Shown: piece by piece, positions 53,873-63,371 of the stretch
Numbering within the stretch: position 1 is the stretch's first letter
Layout: each line of letters opens with the position of its first letter
Origin: Bifidobacteriaceae bacterium
GTDB taxonomy: Bacteria > Actinomycetota > Actinomycetes > Actinomycetales > WQXJ01
Length of the DNA: 64,000 bases
NCBI GenBank assembly: GCA_031278655.1
Contig: JAITJZ010000062.1
Coordinates: forward strand, 82 to 64,081
Reading direction: 5' to 3'
Translations under genes and position numbers: made by a program
Notes under the pieces: generated by a model
What the model saw: only the letters and a program-made list of their open reading frames with translations
What the model was told of the DNA's origin: nothing
Databases searched by the model: none

Positions 53873-54929
53873 CGCCAAGGGCCGGCGCGGCGGCGGCGGA
53901 CGCCACGCCGCGCTGGCGCGTTACATCGCCAAACGGTTGGTCATCGCCATCGGACTGCTGTTCGGCATGACCTTGGTGACCTTCTGCCTGACCAACTTGG
54001 TTCCCGGCGACCCGGTGGCGGCGGCCCTGGGCCAGCGGGCGGCGGACGACCCGGAGACGGTGGCCCGCTTCCGCGCCGAATACGGGCTCGACCAATCGCT
54101 GCCGGCGCAGTACGTGGCCTACCTGGGGCGGCTGATCCACTTCGACCTGGGGACCTCGTGGCAGACGCACCGGCCGGTCAGCGCGGACCTGGCCAAGGCC
54201 GTCCCGGCCACCATGGAGATCGCCTTCGGGGCGATCGTCTGCGCCGCCGTCATCGGCATCACCTTCGGGGCGTGGTCGGCTTACCGCCGCGGCCGGCTGA
54301 CCGACCAAAGCCTGCGGCTGGTGTCGTTGGTCGGGATTTCGCTGCCGACCTTTTGGACGGCCATCGTCTGCTTCTACGTCTTCTACTACCGACTGGGTTG
54401 GGCGCCCGGGTCGGGGCGGCTGACGCCGGGGGTGGCCGCGCCGCCCCGGGTCACCGGCATGTACACGGTCGACGCCCTGCTGGCTGGCGAGTGGCGGACG
54501 TTCGTGGACGCCAGCGCGCATTTGGCGCTGCCAACCCTGGTGCTGACTCTTTACACGGTGGGGCTGTTGACCAGGTTCTCGCGGACGTCGATCCTTGAGG
54601 TCTTGGACCAGGATTATGTGCGGGCGGCCAAGGCCAAGGGCCTGCCCGGGCGCACCGTCTTCTTCCGCTACGTGCTCCGGGGCGCGGCTGTGCCCATTTT
54701 GACGGTGGTCGGCCTGGCCTTCGGCTCGTTGCTGAGCGGCACCGTCCTGGTCGAGTCCATCTTCGGCTGGCCGGGGCTCGGCTCCTACGCCTATCAGGCG
54801 TCCTCGAAACTCGATTTGCTGGCGGTGATGGGCGTGGGCCTGGTGGTCGGGTTGGTCTACCTGTGCGTCAACTTGGTGGTGGATTTGGCTTACGGTTTCA
54901 TCGACCCGAGGGTGAGGGTTGGACGATGA
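53847..54929 (+). CDS. ABC transporter permease (DppB-like)
   Basis: Contains RYIAKRLVIAIGLLFGMTLVTF and an EAA loop (YVRAAKAKGLPG). Confidence 0.9.
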   Translation: MSLASPQPDAKGRRGGGGRHAALARYIAKRLVIAIGLLFGMTLVTFCLTNLVPGDPVAAALGQRAADDPETVARFRAEYGLDQSLPAQYVAYLGRLIHFDLGTSWQTHRPVSADLAKAVPATMEIAFGAIVCAAVIGITFGAWSAYRRGRLTDQSLRLVSLVGISLPTFWTAIVCFYVFYYRLGWAPGSGRLTPGVAAPPRVTGMYTVDALLAGEWRTFVDASAHLALPTLVLTLYTVGLLTRFSRTSILEVLDQDYVRAAKAKGLPGRTVFFRYVLRGAAVPILTVVGLAFGSLLSGTVLVESIFGWPGLGSYAYQASSKLDLLAVMGVGLVVGLVYLCVNLVVDLAYGFIDPRVRVGR

Positions 54930-55816
54930 CGCGCGTCGAGACCCAGGACCGCCGCCAGCAGGCCCCGCGCCGGTCGTTGACCAGGCGATTGTGGCGGGCG
55001 GCGCCGCCGGGCCTGCGCCAGCCGCTTGGTCTGGTGGCCGCCCTGGTGGCGGCCGCCTGGTTGGTGATTTGCCTGATCGGCCCGGTCATCGCGCCGCATG
55101 ACCCGCTGGCGCAGGAGCTGCCTCGGTTCACCCCGCCCGGGGAGATCGCCTTCTTGGGCACGGACGAGCTGGGCCGGGATTTGCTGTCGCGGATTCTGGC
55201 CGGCGCCAGGGTGACGATCGGCCTGTCCCTGCTGCTGGTGTGCCTGTCGATGTTGATCGGCTCGGTGCTGGGGTTGTTGGCCGGGTTCTTCGGCCGTTGG
55301 GTGGATGAGACCATCATGCGTTTCACCGACCTGGTGCTGGCCTTTCCCACCGTCATCTTGGCGATGGTGACCGCCGCCGCCCTGGGCGCCTCGCTGTTCA
55401 ACGCGGTCTTGGCGGCGCTGGTGGTGTCGTGGCCGCCTTATGCCAGGGTGGTCCGGTCGATTGTGCTGGGCTTGCGCGGCAACGACTTCGTCTTCTCGGG
55501 GCGGTTGCTCGGTTTCTCGGCGGCGCGCTCCATCCGGGTCGACATCCTGCCCAACACCCTGGGCCCAACACTGGTTCTGGCCAGCCTGGACATCGGGACG
55601 GCGGCGCTGTTGCTGTCGGGGCTGTCCTTCTTGGGCCTGGGCGCCAAGCCGCCAACCCCGGAGTGGGGCTCGATGGTCTCCGCGGCGGTGTCGCATTTCG
55701 ACAAATGGTGGCTGGGCGTGTTCCCGGGGCTGGCCATTTTGACCGTGGTGATGAGTTTCAATTTCATCGGCGACGCCTTGCGCGACGCCCTCGACCCGGG
55801 GGTGGAGCGGCGATGA
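54926..55816 (+). CDS. ABC transporter permease (DppC-like)
   Basis: Contains FLGTDELGRDLLSRILAG. ATG 54926 overlaps the upstream stop (ATGA). Confidence 0.9.
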   Translation: MTRVETQDRRQQAPRRSLTRRLWRAAPPGLRQPLGLVAALVAAAWLVICLIGPVIAPHDPLAQELPRFTPPGEIAFLGTDELGRDLLSRILAGARVTIGLSLLLVCLSMLIGSVLGLLAGFFGRWVDETIMRFTDLVLAFPTVILAMVTAAALGASLFNAVLAALVVSWPPYARVVRSIVLGLRGNDFVFSGRLLGFSAARSIRVDILPNTLGPTLVLASLDIGTAALLLSGLSFLGLGAKPPTPEWGSMVSAAVSHFDKWWLGVFPGLAILTVVMSFNFIGDALRDALDPGVERR

Positions 55817-56694
55817 CGGCGCCAGCCTTGCGGATCGAGTCTCTCAGCCTGGGCATCCGGGGCGAGGACGGCCTGACGCCGATCCTCGACCAGGTGTCGC
55901 TGGACGTGGGCCGGGGCGAGGTTCAAGGCTTGGCCGGGGAGTCCGGCTCCGGCAAGACCATCACCGGCCTGACGGTGATCGGTTTGGAGCCCGCCAAGTC
56001 TGAGGTCACCGGGCACATTTGGATGGACGGCGACGATCTGTTGAAGATCACCGGGTCGGCTTTGAACGCCGTCAGGGGCAGCCGCGTCGGCATGGTCTTC
56101 CAGGACCCGGGGACTTCGCTGCACCCGCAGTTGAAGGTCGGCGCCCAGTTGACCGATCATGTCCGCTACCACCTGAAGGTGGGCAAGGGTGAGGCCCTGG
56201 ACCGGGCGGCGGCGGCCCTCGACCGGGTTGGTGTGGGCGGCGGCCGGGACACGCTGAGCCGTTATCCGCACGAGTTCTCCGGCGGCCAGCGCCAACGCAT
56301 CGCCATCGCCATCGCCCTGGCTTGCGACCCGGCCGTGCTGATCGCGGACGAGCCGACCACTGCCCTGGACGTGACGGTGCAGGCCGGGGTGCTGGCGCTG
56401 ATCCGCTCGCTGGTGGACTCGCTCGGCCTGGCGGTCTTGTTCATCACTCATGACCTGGGCGTCATGAGCGCGGTGGCTGACCGGGTGGCCATCATGCGGC
56501 ACGGCCGGATTGTGGAGAACGGCGACCGCCGCCAGGTCTTCACCGCCCCGGCCCACGCCTACACCCGCGAACTGCTGGCCTCGCTGCCGGGGGCGGCCGG
56601 CGGGTTGCGCTCGCGCGAGGATCTGGCGCGGATCGACCCCTTCGGCGCCGGCGAAGGCTCCGGCGAAGGCCAAGGCGAAAGGAGCGCGCCATGA
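55813..56694 (+). CDS. ABC transporter ATP-binding protein
   Basis: Contains GESGSGKT, FSGGQRQRIAIAIAL, LIADEPTTALD and FITHDL. ATGA couples it to the upstream gene. Confidence 0.9.
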   Translation: MTAPALRIESLSLGIRGEDGLTPILDQVSLDVGRGEVQGLAGESGSGKTITGLTVIGLEPAKSEVTGHIWMDGDDLLKITGSALNAVRGSRVGMVFQDPGTSLHPQLKVGAQLTDHVRYHLKVGKGEALDRAAAALDRVGVGGGRDTLSRYPHEFSGGQRQRIAIAIALACDPAVLIADEPTTALDVTVQAGVLALIRSLVDSLGLAVLFITHDLGVMSAVADRVAIMRHGRIVENGDRRQVFTAPAHAYTRELLASLPGAAGGLRSREDLARIDPFGAGEGSGEGQGERSAP

Positions 56695-57653
56695 GCGGCC
56701 GGGCCCCGGTGATCGCGGCGCGCGATCTGGAGGTCACCTATCCCGGCCACCCGCCCGTCCACGCGGTCCGGGGGGTCTCCTTCGAGTTGTTCCGGGGCGA
56801 GGTCGTGGGCCTGGTGGGCGAGTCCGGCTGCGGCAAGTCGACCATCGCCAAGGTGTTGACCGGGCTGGTCAGGCCGGCGGCGGGGGAGGTCGAGTATCAC
56901 GGCCGCCCGGTCCGCCCGCTCGGCGTTGGCCGGCGGCCCCTGGCCCAGACCGGCATCCAGATGGTCTTCCAGGACCCCGGCTCGTCGCTGAACCCGCGCC
57001 GCCCGGTCGGGGCGCAGATTCAGGACGGCCTCGACTTGGCCGCCAAACGGGCGCGGCGCTCGGGCCGCCGGTCGGGCGCCGGTCCGGTGGGAGAACCGCC
57101 CGCCGATCCCGCCAACGTTCGGCGCGTCATCGGGCAGCCCGCCGATGCCGCCGTGTCGCCAACCGCCGCCCGGCTCCTCCCAGCCGGGTCGCCCGGGCGG
57201 TGGCTGGAGCGCGTCGGGCTGGAGGCCGCCGATCAGTCCCGTTATCCGCGCAGTTTCTCCGGCGGCCAACGCCAACGCATCGCCACCGCCCGGGCGCTGG
57301 CGGCCGAGCCGGACGTGCTGATCGGAGACGAGCCAATCAGCGCCCTGGACGCGTCCACCCAGGCCAAGGTCGCCTACCTGATGTCGCGGCTGGCCCTGTC
57401 GCAGGGCGCCGTGCTGCTGTTCATCTCCCACGACCTGTCGGTGGTGCGGCTGATCGCCGACCGCCTGCTGGTGATGTGGGCGGGGCGGATAGTCGAGTCC
57501 GGCCCCACCGAGGCGGTCTGGTCGAATCCGGGCCACCCGTACACCAAGGTCCTGCTCGGCGCCATCCCCGCCCCAGACGGCGCCGGCCGCCTGCCCCTGG
57601 TCCCGCCCAGCGCGGCCGCCTTCGACGCGCCCCCGGTCATCCATGCCCCCTGA
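56691..57653 (+). CDS. ABC transporter ATP-binding protein with a ~50-aa low-complexity insertion between the Q-loop and the signature motif
   Basis: Contains GESGCGKST, FQDP, FSGGQRQRIATARAL, LIGDEPISALD and FISHDL. The insert reads AKRARRSGRRSGAGPVGEPPADP.... Confidence 0.88.
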   Translation: MSGRAPVIAARDLEVTYPGHPPVHAVRGVSFELFRGEVVGLVGESGCGKSTIAKVLTGLVRPAAGEVEYHGRPVRPLGVGRRPLAQTGIQMVFQDPGSSLNPRRPVGAQIQDGLDLAAKRARRSGRRSGAGPVGEPPADPANVRRVIGQPADAAVSPTAARLLPAGSPGRWLERVGLEAADQSRYPRSFSGGQRQRIATARALAAEPDVLIGDEPISALDASTQAKVAYLMSRLALSQGAVLLFISHDLSVVRLIADRLLVMWAGRIVESGPTEAVWSNPGHPYTKVLLGAIPAPDGAGRLPLVPPSAAAFDAPPVIHAP

Positions 57654-57744
57654 CCCCCGGGCCAGCGGCTCCGTCAACACAACGCGTAGCCGCCCACGCC
57701 CCGAAAACCAAGTTGTTTCATCGAGGCTTAGGGCCGTGGCGCTG

Positions 57745-57764
57745 GCCGCCGCAGTGGCGGCGGC
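57745..57764 (+). terminator. perfect 8-bp GC hairpin downstream of the ABC operon
   Basis: gccgccgc-agtg-gcggcggc. Confidence 0.4.
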
Positions 57765-57814
57765 TGCTACGACCCTTGGTTGTTCGCCAGGGGTCTATGG
57801 GTTCTGAACGCGCG

Positions 57815-57832
57815 CCCCGCCCCGGGGCGGGG
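57815..57832 (+). terminator. perfect 18-bp GC palindrome ccccgcccc/ggggcgggg
   Basis: Read directly from the sequence. It lies between the ABC operon and the arg promoter and could act as a terminator or insulator in either direction. Confidence 0.4.
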
Positions 57833-57853
57833 ATGAATGGTTTTGCGGTGTGA

Positions 57854-57867
57854 CGCATAATCATGCG
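57854..57867. promoter_or_regulatory. putative ARG box (ArgR operator) overlapping the argC promoter
   Basis: CGCATaatcATGCG is a perfect palindrome, similar to actinobacterial ARG boxes (..TGCATa..tATGCA..). It abuts the -10 TAGGCT (57869-57874), which sits 6 nt before ATG 57881. Confidence 0.5.
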
Positions 57868-57880
57868 GTAGGCTGGGGCG

Positions 57881-59014
57881 ATGAGTTTCACGGTGGCGGT
57901 GGCGGGGGCGTCGGGCTACGCCGGGGGAGAGGTCCTGCGCCTGTTGGCGGCCCATCCGCTGGCCCGGGTCGGCGCGGTGACCGGCAACTCCAGCGCCGGT
58001 CAGGCGCTGGGGCGCCACCACCCGCACCTGGTCTGCCTGGCTGATCGCGTCATCGAGCCGACCGCGCCGGCGGCGCTGGCCGGGCACGACGTGATTGTCC
58101 TGGCCCTGCCGCACGGCAAGTCCGGAGCCGTCGCCGCCCAACTGGAGGCGGCCGGGACCGAGGCGGTCCTGGTCGACCTGGGCGCCGACCACCGGCTGAT
58201 CAGCCCGAAGGACTGGGCCGATTATTACGGCGGCGACCACCCCGGGACCTGGACCTACGGGATGCCGGAGCTGCTGACGGGATGGCCGCCGGTGAAACAG
58301 CGGGCGGCGCTGGCCGGGGCCAAGCGCATCGCCGTGCCGGGCTGCAACGTCACCGCCGTGACCCTGGCCCTGGCGCCGGGCGTGGCGGCGGGCTGGCTGA
58401 GCCCGCAAGACTTGGTGGCGGTGCTGGCCAACGGCGTCTCAGGGGCGGGCAAGGCCCTGAAGGCGCATTTGGCGGCGGCCGAAATCCTGGGCTCGGCCAG
58501 CCCTTACGCGGTTGGCGGCAGCCACCGCCACATCCCGGAGATCGTTCAGAACCTCGCCCCGCTGGCCAGCGCCAACGCGGGCGCCAGCGCGGGCGCGGAC
58601 GCGGGCGCCAGCGCAGAGGCGGGCCAAGGCGGCGCGGCAGCAGCGGCCATGCCCACCATCAGCTTCACCCCCACCCTGGTGCCGATGAGCCGAGGCATCC
58701 TGGCCACCGTCAGCGCCAAGCCGGGACCGCGCTTCGACCCGGAGGCGGCGCGCCAGCCATGGGAGCGGGCCTACGGCGACGAGCGTTTCGTCAGGCTCCT
58801 GCCCGCCGGCGTCTGGCCCTCGACCGCACACACCCTCGGCGCCAACAGCGCCCTCATCCAGGTCGCCTTCGACCGGCGGGCCGGCCGCGTGGTCGTCATC
58901 GCCGCCATCGACAACCTGGTCAAGGGCACGGCTGGCGCCGCCGTCCAATCGATTAATCTGGCTTTGGGACTGCCGGAGGAGACCGGCCTGGAATTGAATG
59001 GAGTCGCCCCATGA
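57881..59014 (+). CDS. argC: N-acetyl-gamma-glutamyl-phosphate reductase
   Basis: Contains VAVAGASGYAGGE, the active-site Cys in VPGCNVTA and GGSHRHIPEI. It carries an Ala/Gly-rich insertion. Confidence 0.92.
   Translation: MSFTVAVAGASGYAGGEVLRLLAAHPLARVGAVTGNSSAGQALGRHHPHLVCLADRVIEPTAPAALAGHDVIVLALPHGKSGAVAAQLEAAGTEAVLVDLGADHRLISPKDWADYYGGDHPGTWTYGMPELLTGWPPVKQRAALAGAKRIAVPGCNVTAVTLALAPGVAAGWLSPQDLVAVLANGVSGAGKALKAHLAAAEILGSASPYAVGGSHRHIPEIVQNLAPLASANAGASAGADAGASAEAGQGGAAAAAMPTISFTPTLVPMSRGILATVSAKPGPRFDPEAARQPWERAYGDERFVRLLPAGVWPSTAHTLGANSALIQVAFDRRAGRVVVIAAIDNLVKGTAGAAVQSINLALGLPEETGLELNGVAP
58577..58624. repeat. 12-bp repeat gcgggcgc[c/g][a/g][g/a]c x3 plus one degenerate copy inside argC
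   Basis: Read directly from the sequence. It encodes AGAS AGAD AGAS AEAG. Confidence 0.85.
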
Positions 59015-60246
59015 CCGTGACAACGCCTGAAGGGTTCCGCGCCGCCGGTTTGGCGGCCGGGCTCAAGACCGATGGCGCCAAGGACATCGCCCTGGTGGTG
59101 AACGATGCCGCCGCCGCGACTTCCGCCGCCGCCGCCGTTTTCACCGTCAACCGTTTCGCGGCCGCCCCGGTGGCGCTCAGCCGCGAGGCTTTGGCGGTGG
59201 CCAAGGGCGGTTACGCGGTGCCCCGGGCCGTCATCTTGAACTCGGGCGGCGCCAATGCCTGCACCGGCCCGGACGGCTTGGAGGACGCCAAGCAGTCGGC
59301 TGGGGCGCTGGCGCGCCGCCTCGGGCTGAAGACCGAGGAAGTGCTGGTCTGCTCGACGGGGCTGATCGGCGAACGCCTGCCCATCGGCAAGATTCTGGCC
59401 GGGATGCATCATGCCGTGATCGCCTTGGCCGCGACCGAGGCGGCCGGCCTGGCGGCCGCAGAGGCGATCATGACCACCGACACCGTGCCCAAGACCGCCG
59501 CGGTTCACGTCGGCGGGGGCGCGGACGGCGGGGGCGCGGACGGCGGCGGGGGCGCGGACGGCGGTTACGCCATCGGCGGCATGGCCAAAGGCGCCGGCAT
59601 GCTGGCGCCGGAACTGGCCACCATGCTGGTGGTCATCACCACCGACGCCCTGATCGACTCGGCCACCGCCCAATCCGCCCTCGAACAGGCCTGCCGCCTG
59701 TCCTTCGAGCGCATCGACTCGGACGGCTGCATGTCCACCAACGACACTGTCATCCTGCTGTCCTCGGGCGCCTCCGGCGTCCAACCCGACCCGTCCGAGT
59801 TCGCCGCCCAACTGACCGCCGTCAGCCAGGACCTTGCGCGCCAACTGATCGCCGACGCAGAGGGCGCCGACCACGAGATCGCCATCAAGGTGACCGGGGC
59901 GCTGACGGAAGACGGGGCGCTGACGGTGGCGCGCGCCATCGGACGGTCAAGCCTTGTCAAAACGGCCATCGCCGGCGCCGACCCGAACTGGGGCCGGATC
60001 CTGAGCGCGGCCGGGACGGTGGCGCCGGAAGTCGCGCCCTTCGACCCGGAGCGCGTCGAGGTGGCCATCAACGGCGTGACCGTGGCCCGGGCGGGCGGCC
60101 CGGGCGAACCGCGCGAACTGGTCGACCTCAGCGGGCGCCAGGTCGAGATCCGGGTCGACCTGGGCGCCGGCGCGGCGTCTGCGACCATCTGGACCAACGA
60201 CCTGACCCGCGCGTACGTCTCGATCAACGCGGACTACCCCTCGTGA
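59011..60246 (+). CDS. argJ: bifunctional glutamate N-acetyltransferase / amino-acid acetyltransferase
   Basis: [25 protein letters not shown] contains the ATML self-cleavage site. ATGA couples the gene to argC. Confidence 0.92.
   Translation: MTVTTPEGFRAAGLAAGLKTDGAKDIALVVNDAAAATSAAAAVFTVNRFAAAPVALSREALAVAKGGYAVPRAVILNSGGANACTGPDGLEDAKQSAGALARRLGLKTEEVLVCSTGLIGERLPIGKILAGMHHAVIALAATEAAGLAAAEAIMTTDTVPKTAAVHVGGGADGGGADGGGGADGGYAIGGMAKGAGMLAPELATMLVVITTDALIDSATAQSALEQACRLSFERIDSDGCMSTNDTVILLSSGASGVQPDPSEFAAQLTAVSQDLARQLIADAEGADHEIAIKVTGALTEDGALTVARAIGRSSLVKTAIAGADPNWGRILSAAGTVAPEVAPFDPERVEVAINGVTVARAGGPGEPRELVDLSGRQVEIRVDLGAGAASATIWTNDLTRAYVSINADYPS
59512..59559. repeat. 15-bp repeat ggcgggggcgcggac x2 plus an 18-bp variant inside argJ
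   Basis: Read directly from the sequence. It encodes [16 protein letters not shown]. Confidence 0.9.
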
Positions 60247-61148
60247 CGGGCGCGGCCCCGGGCCTCAGCCCGGACCAGAAGGCGGCGGTGCTGATCGAGG
60301 CGCTGCCGTGGTTGGAACGCTTCGGCGGCGCCATCGTGGTGGTCAAATACGGCGGCAACGCCATGATCGACGCCGACCTCAAGGCGGCCTTCGCCGAGGA
60401 CATGGTCTTCCTGCGCCGGGTTGGGCTCCGGCCCGTCGTGGTCCACGGCGGCGGCCCCCAGATCAGCGCCATGCTGCGCCGGCTGGGCGTCGAATCCGAG
60501 TTCCAGGGCGGCCTGCGCGTGACCACGCCGGAGACCATCGACGTTGTCCGCATGGTGCTGACCGGCCAGGTCAGCCGCGAATTGGTGGGCCTGATCAACA
60601 CCCACGGACCGTTCGCCGTCGGCATGTCCGGCGAGGACGCCGCCCTTTTTCAAGCCCGCCGCCGCCCGGCCAACGTTGGGGGCGTCGAGCTGGACCTCGG
60701 CCTGGTCGGAGACGTGGTCAAGGTCAACCCGGGCGCGGTCAGCGACCTGCTGGAGGCCGGGCGCATCCCCGTCATCTCCGGGATCGCGCCGGACATCGAG
60801 GACCCCGCCCAGGTCTTGAACATCAACGCCGATTCGGCGGCGGCCGCCCTGGCGGTGGCGCTGCGCGCGCGCAAACTGGTCATTTTGACGAATGTCGAGG
60901 GCCTTTACCGCGACTGGCCGGACCGCGCCTCGCTGGTGGACCGGATCGCCGTGGCCGAGCTGGAGGCCATGATGCCCCAGCTCGACGCCGGCATGCGGCC
61001 CAAGATGGAGGCCTGCCTGCGGGCGGTGCACGGCGGCGTGCCCCAGGCGCACGTCATCGACGGGCGCCAGCCGCACTCCCTGCTGACGGAGATTTTCACC
61101 GATCAGGGCGTCGGCACAATGGTCGTGGAGCGGTCCGATGCCGTCTAG
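60243..61148 (+). CDS. argB: acetylglutamate kinase
   Basis: Contains [19 protein letters not shown] and NINADSAA. Confidence 0.92.
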   Translation: MTGAAPGLSPDQKAAVLIEALPWLERFGGAIVVVKYGGNAMIDADLKAAFAEDMVFLRRVGLRPVVVHGGGPQISAMLRRLGVESEFQGGLRVTTPETIDVVRMVLTGQVSRELVGLINTHGPFAVGMSGEDAALFQARRRPANVGGVELDLGLVGDVVKVNPGAVSDLLEAGRIPVISGIAPDIEDPAQVLNINADSAAAALAVALRARKLVILTNVEGLYRDWPDRASLVDRIAVAELEAMMPQLDAGMRPKMEACLRAVHGGVPQAHVIDGRQPHSLLTEIFTDQGVGTMVVERSDAV

Positions 61149-62433
61149 CCGGGCCGCGTTGGAGCGCTACGACCAGCGTTTGTGGCCGGTTTTCAAGCCT
61201 TCCTTGGTGCTGGCGGGCGGCAGCGGGGCGGTGGTCTGGGACGTCGACGGGCGCGAGTACTTGGACCTGTTGGGCGGGATCGCGGTCAACGCCATCGGCC
61301 ACGCCCATCCGGTCTGGGTCGAGGCGGTCTCCCGCCAAGCCGCCACCTTGGGACACGTCTCCAATCTCTACGCCTCGGCGCCGCAGATCGAACTGGCCGG
61401 GCGGCTGCTGGAGATCACCGGCGCCGGCCCCGGCGGCCGGGTCTTCTTCACCAACTCCGGCACGGAGGCCAATGAGGCGGCGCTGAAAGCGGTCTTGCGC
61501 CGTCCGGCGCCATCCGGGCGCGGTCACCGCCTGGCGGCGCTGGAGGGCTCTTTCCACGGCCGGACCCTGGGCGCGCTGGCGCTGACGGCGAAGGCGGCTT
61601 ACCGCGAGCCGTTCCGCGAGTTCACCGGCGAGGTCGACTTCTTGCCCTTCGGCGACCTGGGCGCGTTGGAGGCGGCCCTGCGCCGGGGCGGCCTCGACGC
61701 CCTGGTCATCGAGGTCATCCAGGGCGAGGCCGGGGCCAGGCCGCTGCCGCCTGGCTACCTGGCCGAGGCCCGGCGGCTGACCGCCCGCCACGGCGCCCTG
61801 CTCTGGATCGATGAGATCCAGACCGGGATTGGGCGCACCGGCGCCTGGACGGCCTACCTCAACCCCGACTTGGGCGGCCCGCTGACGGGCGCGCCCCGCC
61901 AAGTCAGAAGGGTGGCGCTGGCCGAATTGGCGCGTCAGGCGGACGTCGGGGCGCGGGCGCCCCGGGCCGGCGGCGCCCCTGACCTGGTGACGCTGGCGAA
62001 AGGACTGGGCGGGGGCTTCCCGATCGGCGCGGTGGTGGCGATGAACGGCGAGGTGGCCGCCCGGCTGGGGCCGGGCGACCACGGCACCACCTTTGGCGGC
62101 GGCCCGCTGGCGGCGGCGGCCGCCCTGGCCACGCTTCAGGTGATCGAGGACGAGGGCCTGATGGCGCGGGCCGCGGCCTTGGGCGCGGCCTGGCGCGAGG
62201 CCTTGGCGCGGGTCCCCGGCGTCCAATCAGCGCGCGGCGGCGGTTTGCTGATCGGCCTGGTGCTGGCGCGGGCGAACGCGCCCGCCGTGGTCCAAGCCGC
62301 CCAGGCGGCGGGTTTCCTGATCAACGCCACCGGCCCGGATGTGATCCGCCTGGCCCCGCCCCTGATCTTGACCACAGAACAGGCCGAGCGCTTCGCGGCG
62401 GCGCTCCCGAGAATCATCCAGGAGGCGGCGTGA
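61138..62433 (+). CDS. argD: acetylornithine aminotransferase with a 38-aa insertion just before the PLP-lysine
   Basis: Contains [26 protein letters not shown] and [14 protein letters not shown]. Confidence 0.9.
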   Translation: MPSSRAALERYDQRLWPVFKPSLVLAGGSGAVVWDVDGREYLDLLGGIAVNAIGHAHPVWVEAVSRQAATLGHVSNLYASAPQIELAGRLLEITGAGPGGRVFFTNSGTEANEAALKAVLRRPAPSGRGHRLAALEGSFHGRTLGALALTAKAAYREPFREFTGEVDFLPFGDLGALEAALRRGGLDALVIEVIQGEAGARPLPPGYLAEARRLTARHGALLWIDEIQTGIGRTGAWTAYLNPDLGGPLTGAPRQVRRVALAELARQADVGARAPRAGGAPDLVTLAKGLGGGFPIGAVVAMNGEVAARLGPGDHGTTFGGGPLAAAAALATLQVIEDEGLMARAAALGAAWREALARVPGVQSARGGGLLIGLVLARANAPAVVQAAQAAGFLINATGPDVIRLAPPLILTTEQAERFAAALPRIIQEAA

Positions 62434-63371
62434 GCGTCCGGCATTTCCTCAAAGACAGTTCGATCAGCCCGGCCGAACAGGCCGAGATCCTGCGCCTGGC
62501 GATCGAGGTCAAAGCCGACCGGTTGCGCCGCCAGCCGCTCAAGGGCCCCAGGGCGGTGGCGGTGCTGACCGACAAGCCGACCCTGAGGACGCAGTTGTCG
62601 TTCTGCGTCGGGATCGCGGAACTGGGCGGCTACCCGATGTTCGTGGACGGCAAGCTGGCCGGGGTGGGTGAGCGCGAGTCGATCGCGGACGTCGCCCGGG
62701 TGCTTGGCCGCCAGGTGGCGGCCATCGTCTGGCGGACCCACGGCCAGGACCGGATCGAGGAGATGGCGGCGCACGCCGGCGTGCCGGTGGTCAACGCCCT
62801 GACCGACGACTACCACCCCTGTCAGGTGCTGGCCGACCTGTTGACGGTGGCCGAGCAGCGCGGCGGCGTCGACCGCCTGGCGGGGGCCAAACTGGCCTAT
62901 TTCGGGGACGGCGCCAACAACATGGCCCAGTCTTATCTGCTCGGCGGGGCCATGGCCGGGATGGAAGTGGTCATCGCCACCCCGCCCGCCTACCGGCCGA
63001 AGGCCGAGATCCTGGCCGAGGCCGAGGCGATCGCGGACCGGACCGGCGCCAAGGTGAGCGTGACAGCGGATGTGGCGGCGGCGGCATCGGCGGCTGACGT
63101 GGTCGCCACCGACACCTGGGTGTCGATGGGCCAAGAGGCGGACGCGGCCGCCCGGCGCTCGCCGTTCGTCCCCTTCCGGGTCGATGACGCGCTCATGGCG
63201 CTGGCCGCGCCGGAGGCTGTCTTCATCCACTGCCTGCCGGCCTACCGGGGCAAGGAGATGACGGCATCGGTCATCGACGGGCCGCGCTCACGGGTCTGGG
63301 ACGAGGCCGAGAACCGGCTCCACGCCCAAAAAGCCCTGCTCATCTGGCTGCTGGCGGGCTCGGATGGCTGA
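62430..63371 (+). CDS. argF: ornithine carbamoyltransferase
   Basis: Contains [20 protein letters not shown] and the HCLPAYRG motif. Confidence 0.92.
   Translation: MSVRHFLKDSSISPAEQAEILRLAIEVKADRLRRQPLKGPRAVAVLTDKPTLRTQLSFCVGIAELGGYPMFVDGKLAGVGERESIADVARVLGRQVAAIVWRTHGQDRIEEMAAHAGVPVVNALTDDYHPCQVLADLLTVAEQRGGVDRLAGAKLAYFGDGANNMAQSYLLGGAMAGMEVVIATPPAYRPKAEILAEAEAIADRTGAKVSVTADVAAAASAADVVATDTWVSMGQEADAAARRSPFVPFRVDDALMALAAPEAVFIHCLPAYRGKEMTASVIDGPRSRVWDEAENRLHAQKALLIWLLAGSDG

Noticed and set aside
55429-57853. Overlapping alternative-frame ORFs in the second ABC operon (for example 56510..57853 +, 56559..57680 -) as overprinted genes.
   Set aside because: Their translations are Arg/Pro/Gly-rich with no motifs, and the annotated frames carry complete Walker A, signature, Walker B and H-loop motifs.
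57654-57880. A possible small gene or riboswitch in the 227-nt gap before argC.
   Set aside because: There is no ORF with start signals. The content is explained by two GC hairpins (57745-57764, 57815-57832) that likely terminate or insulate the ABC operon, plus the ARG box and -10. I recognised no known riboswitch fold.
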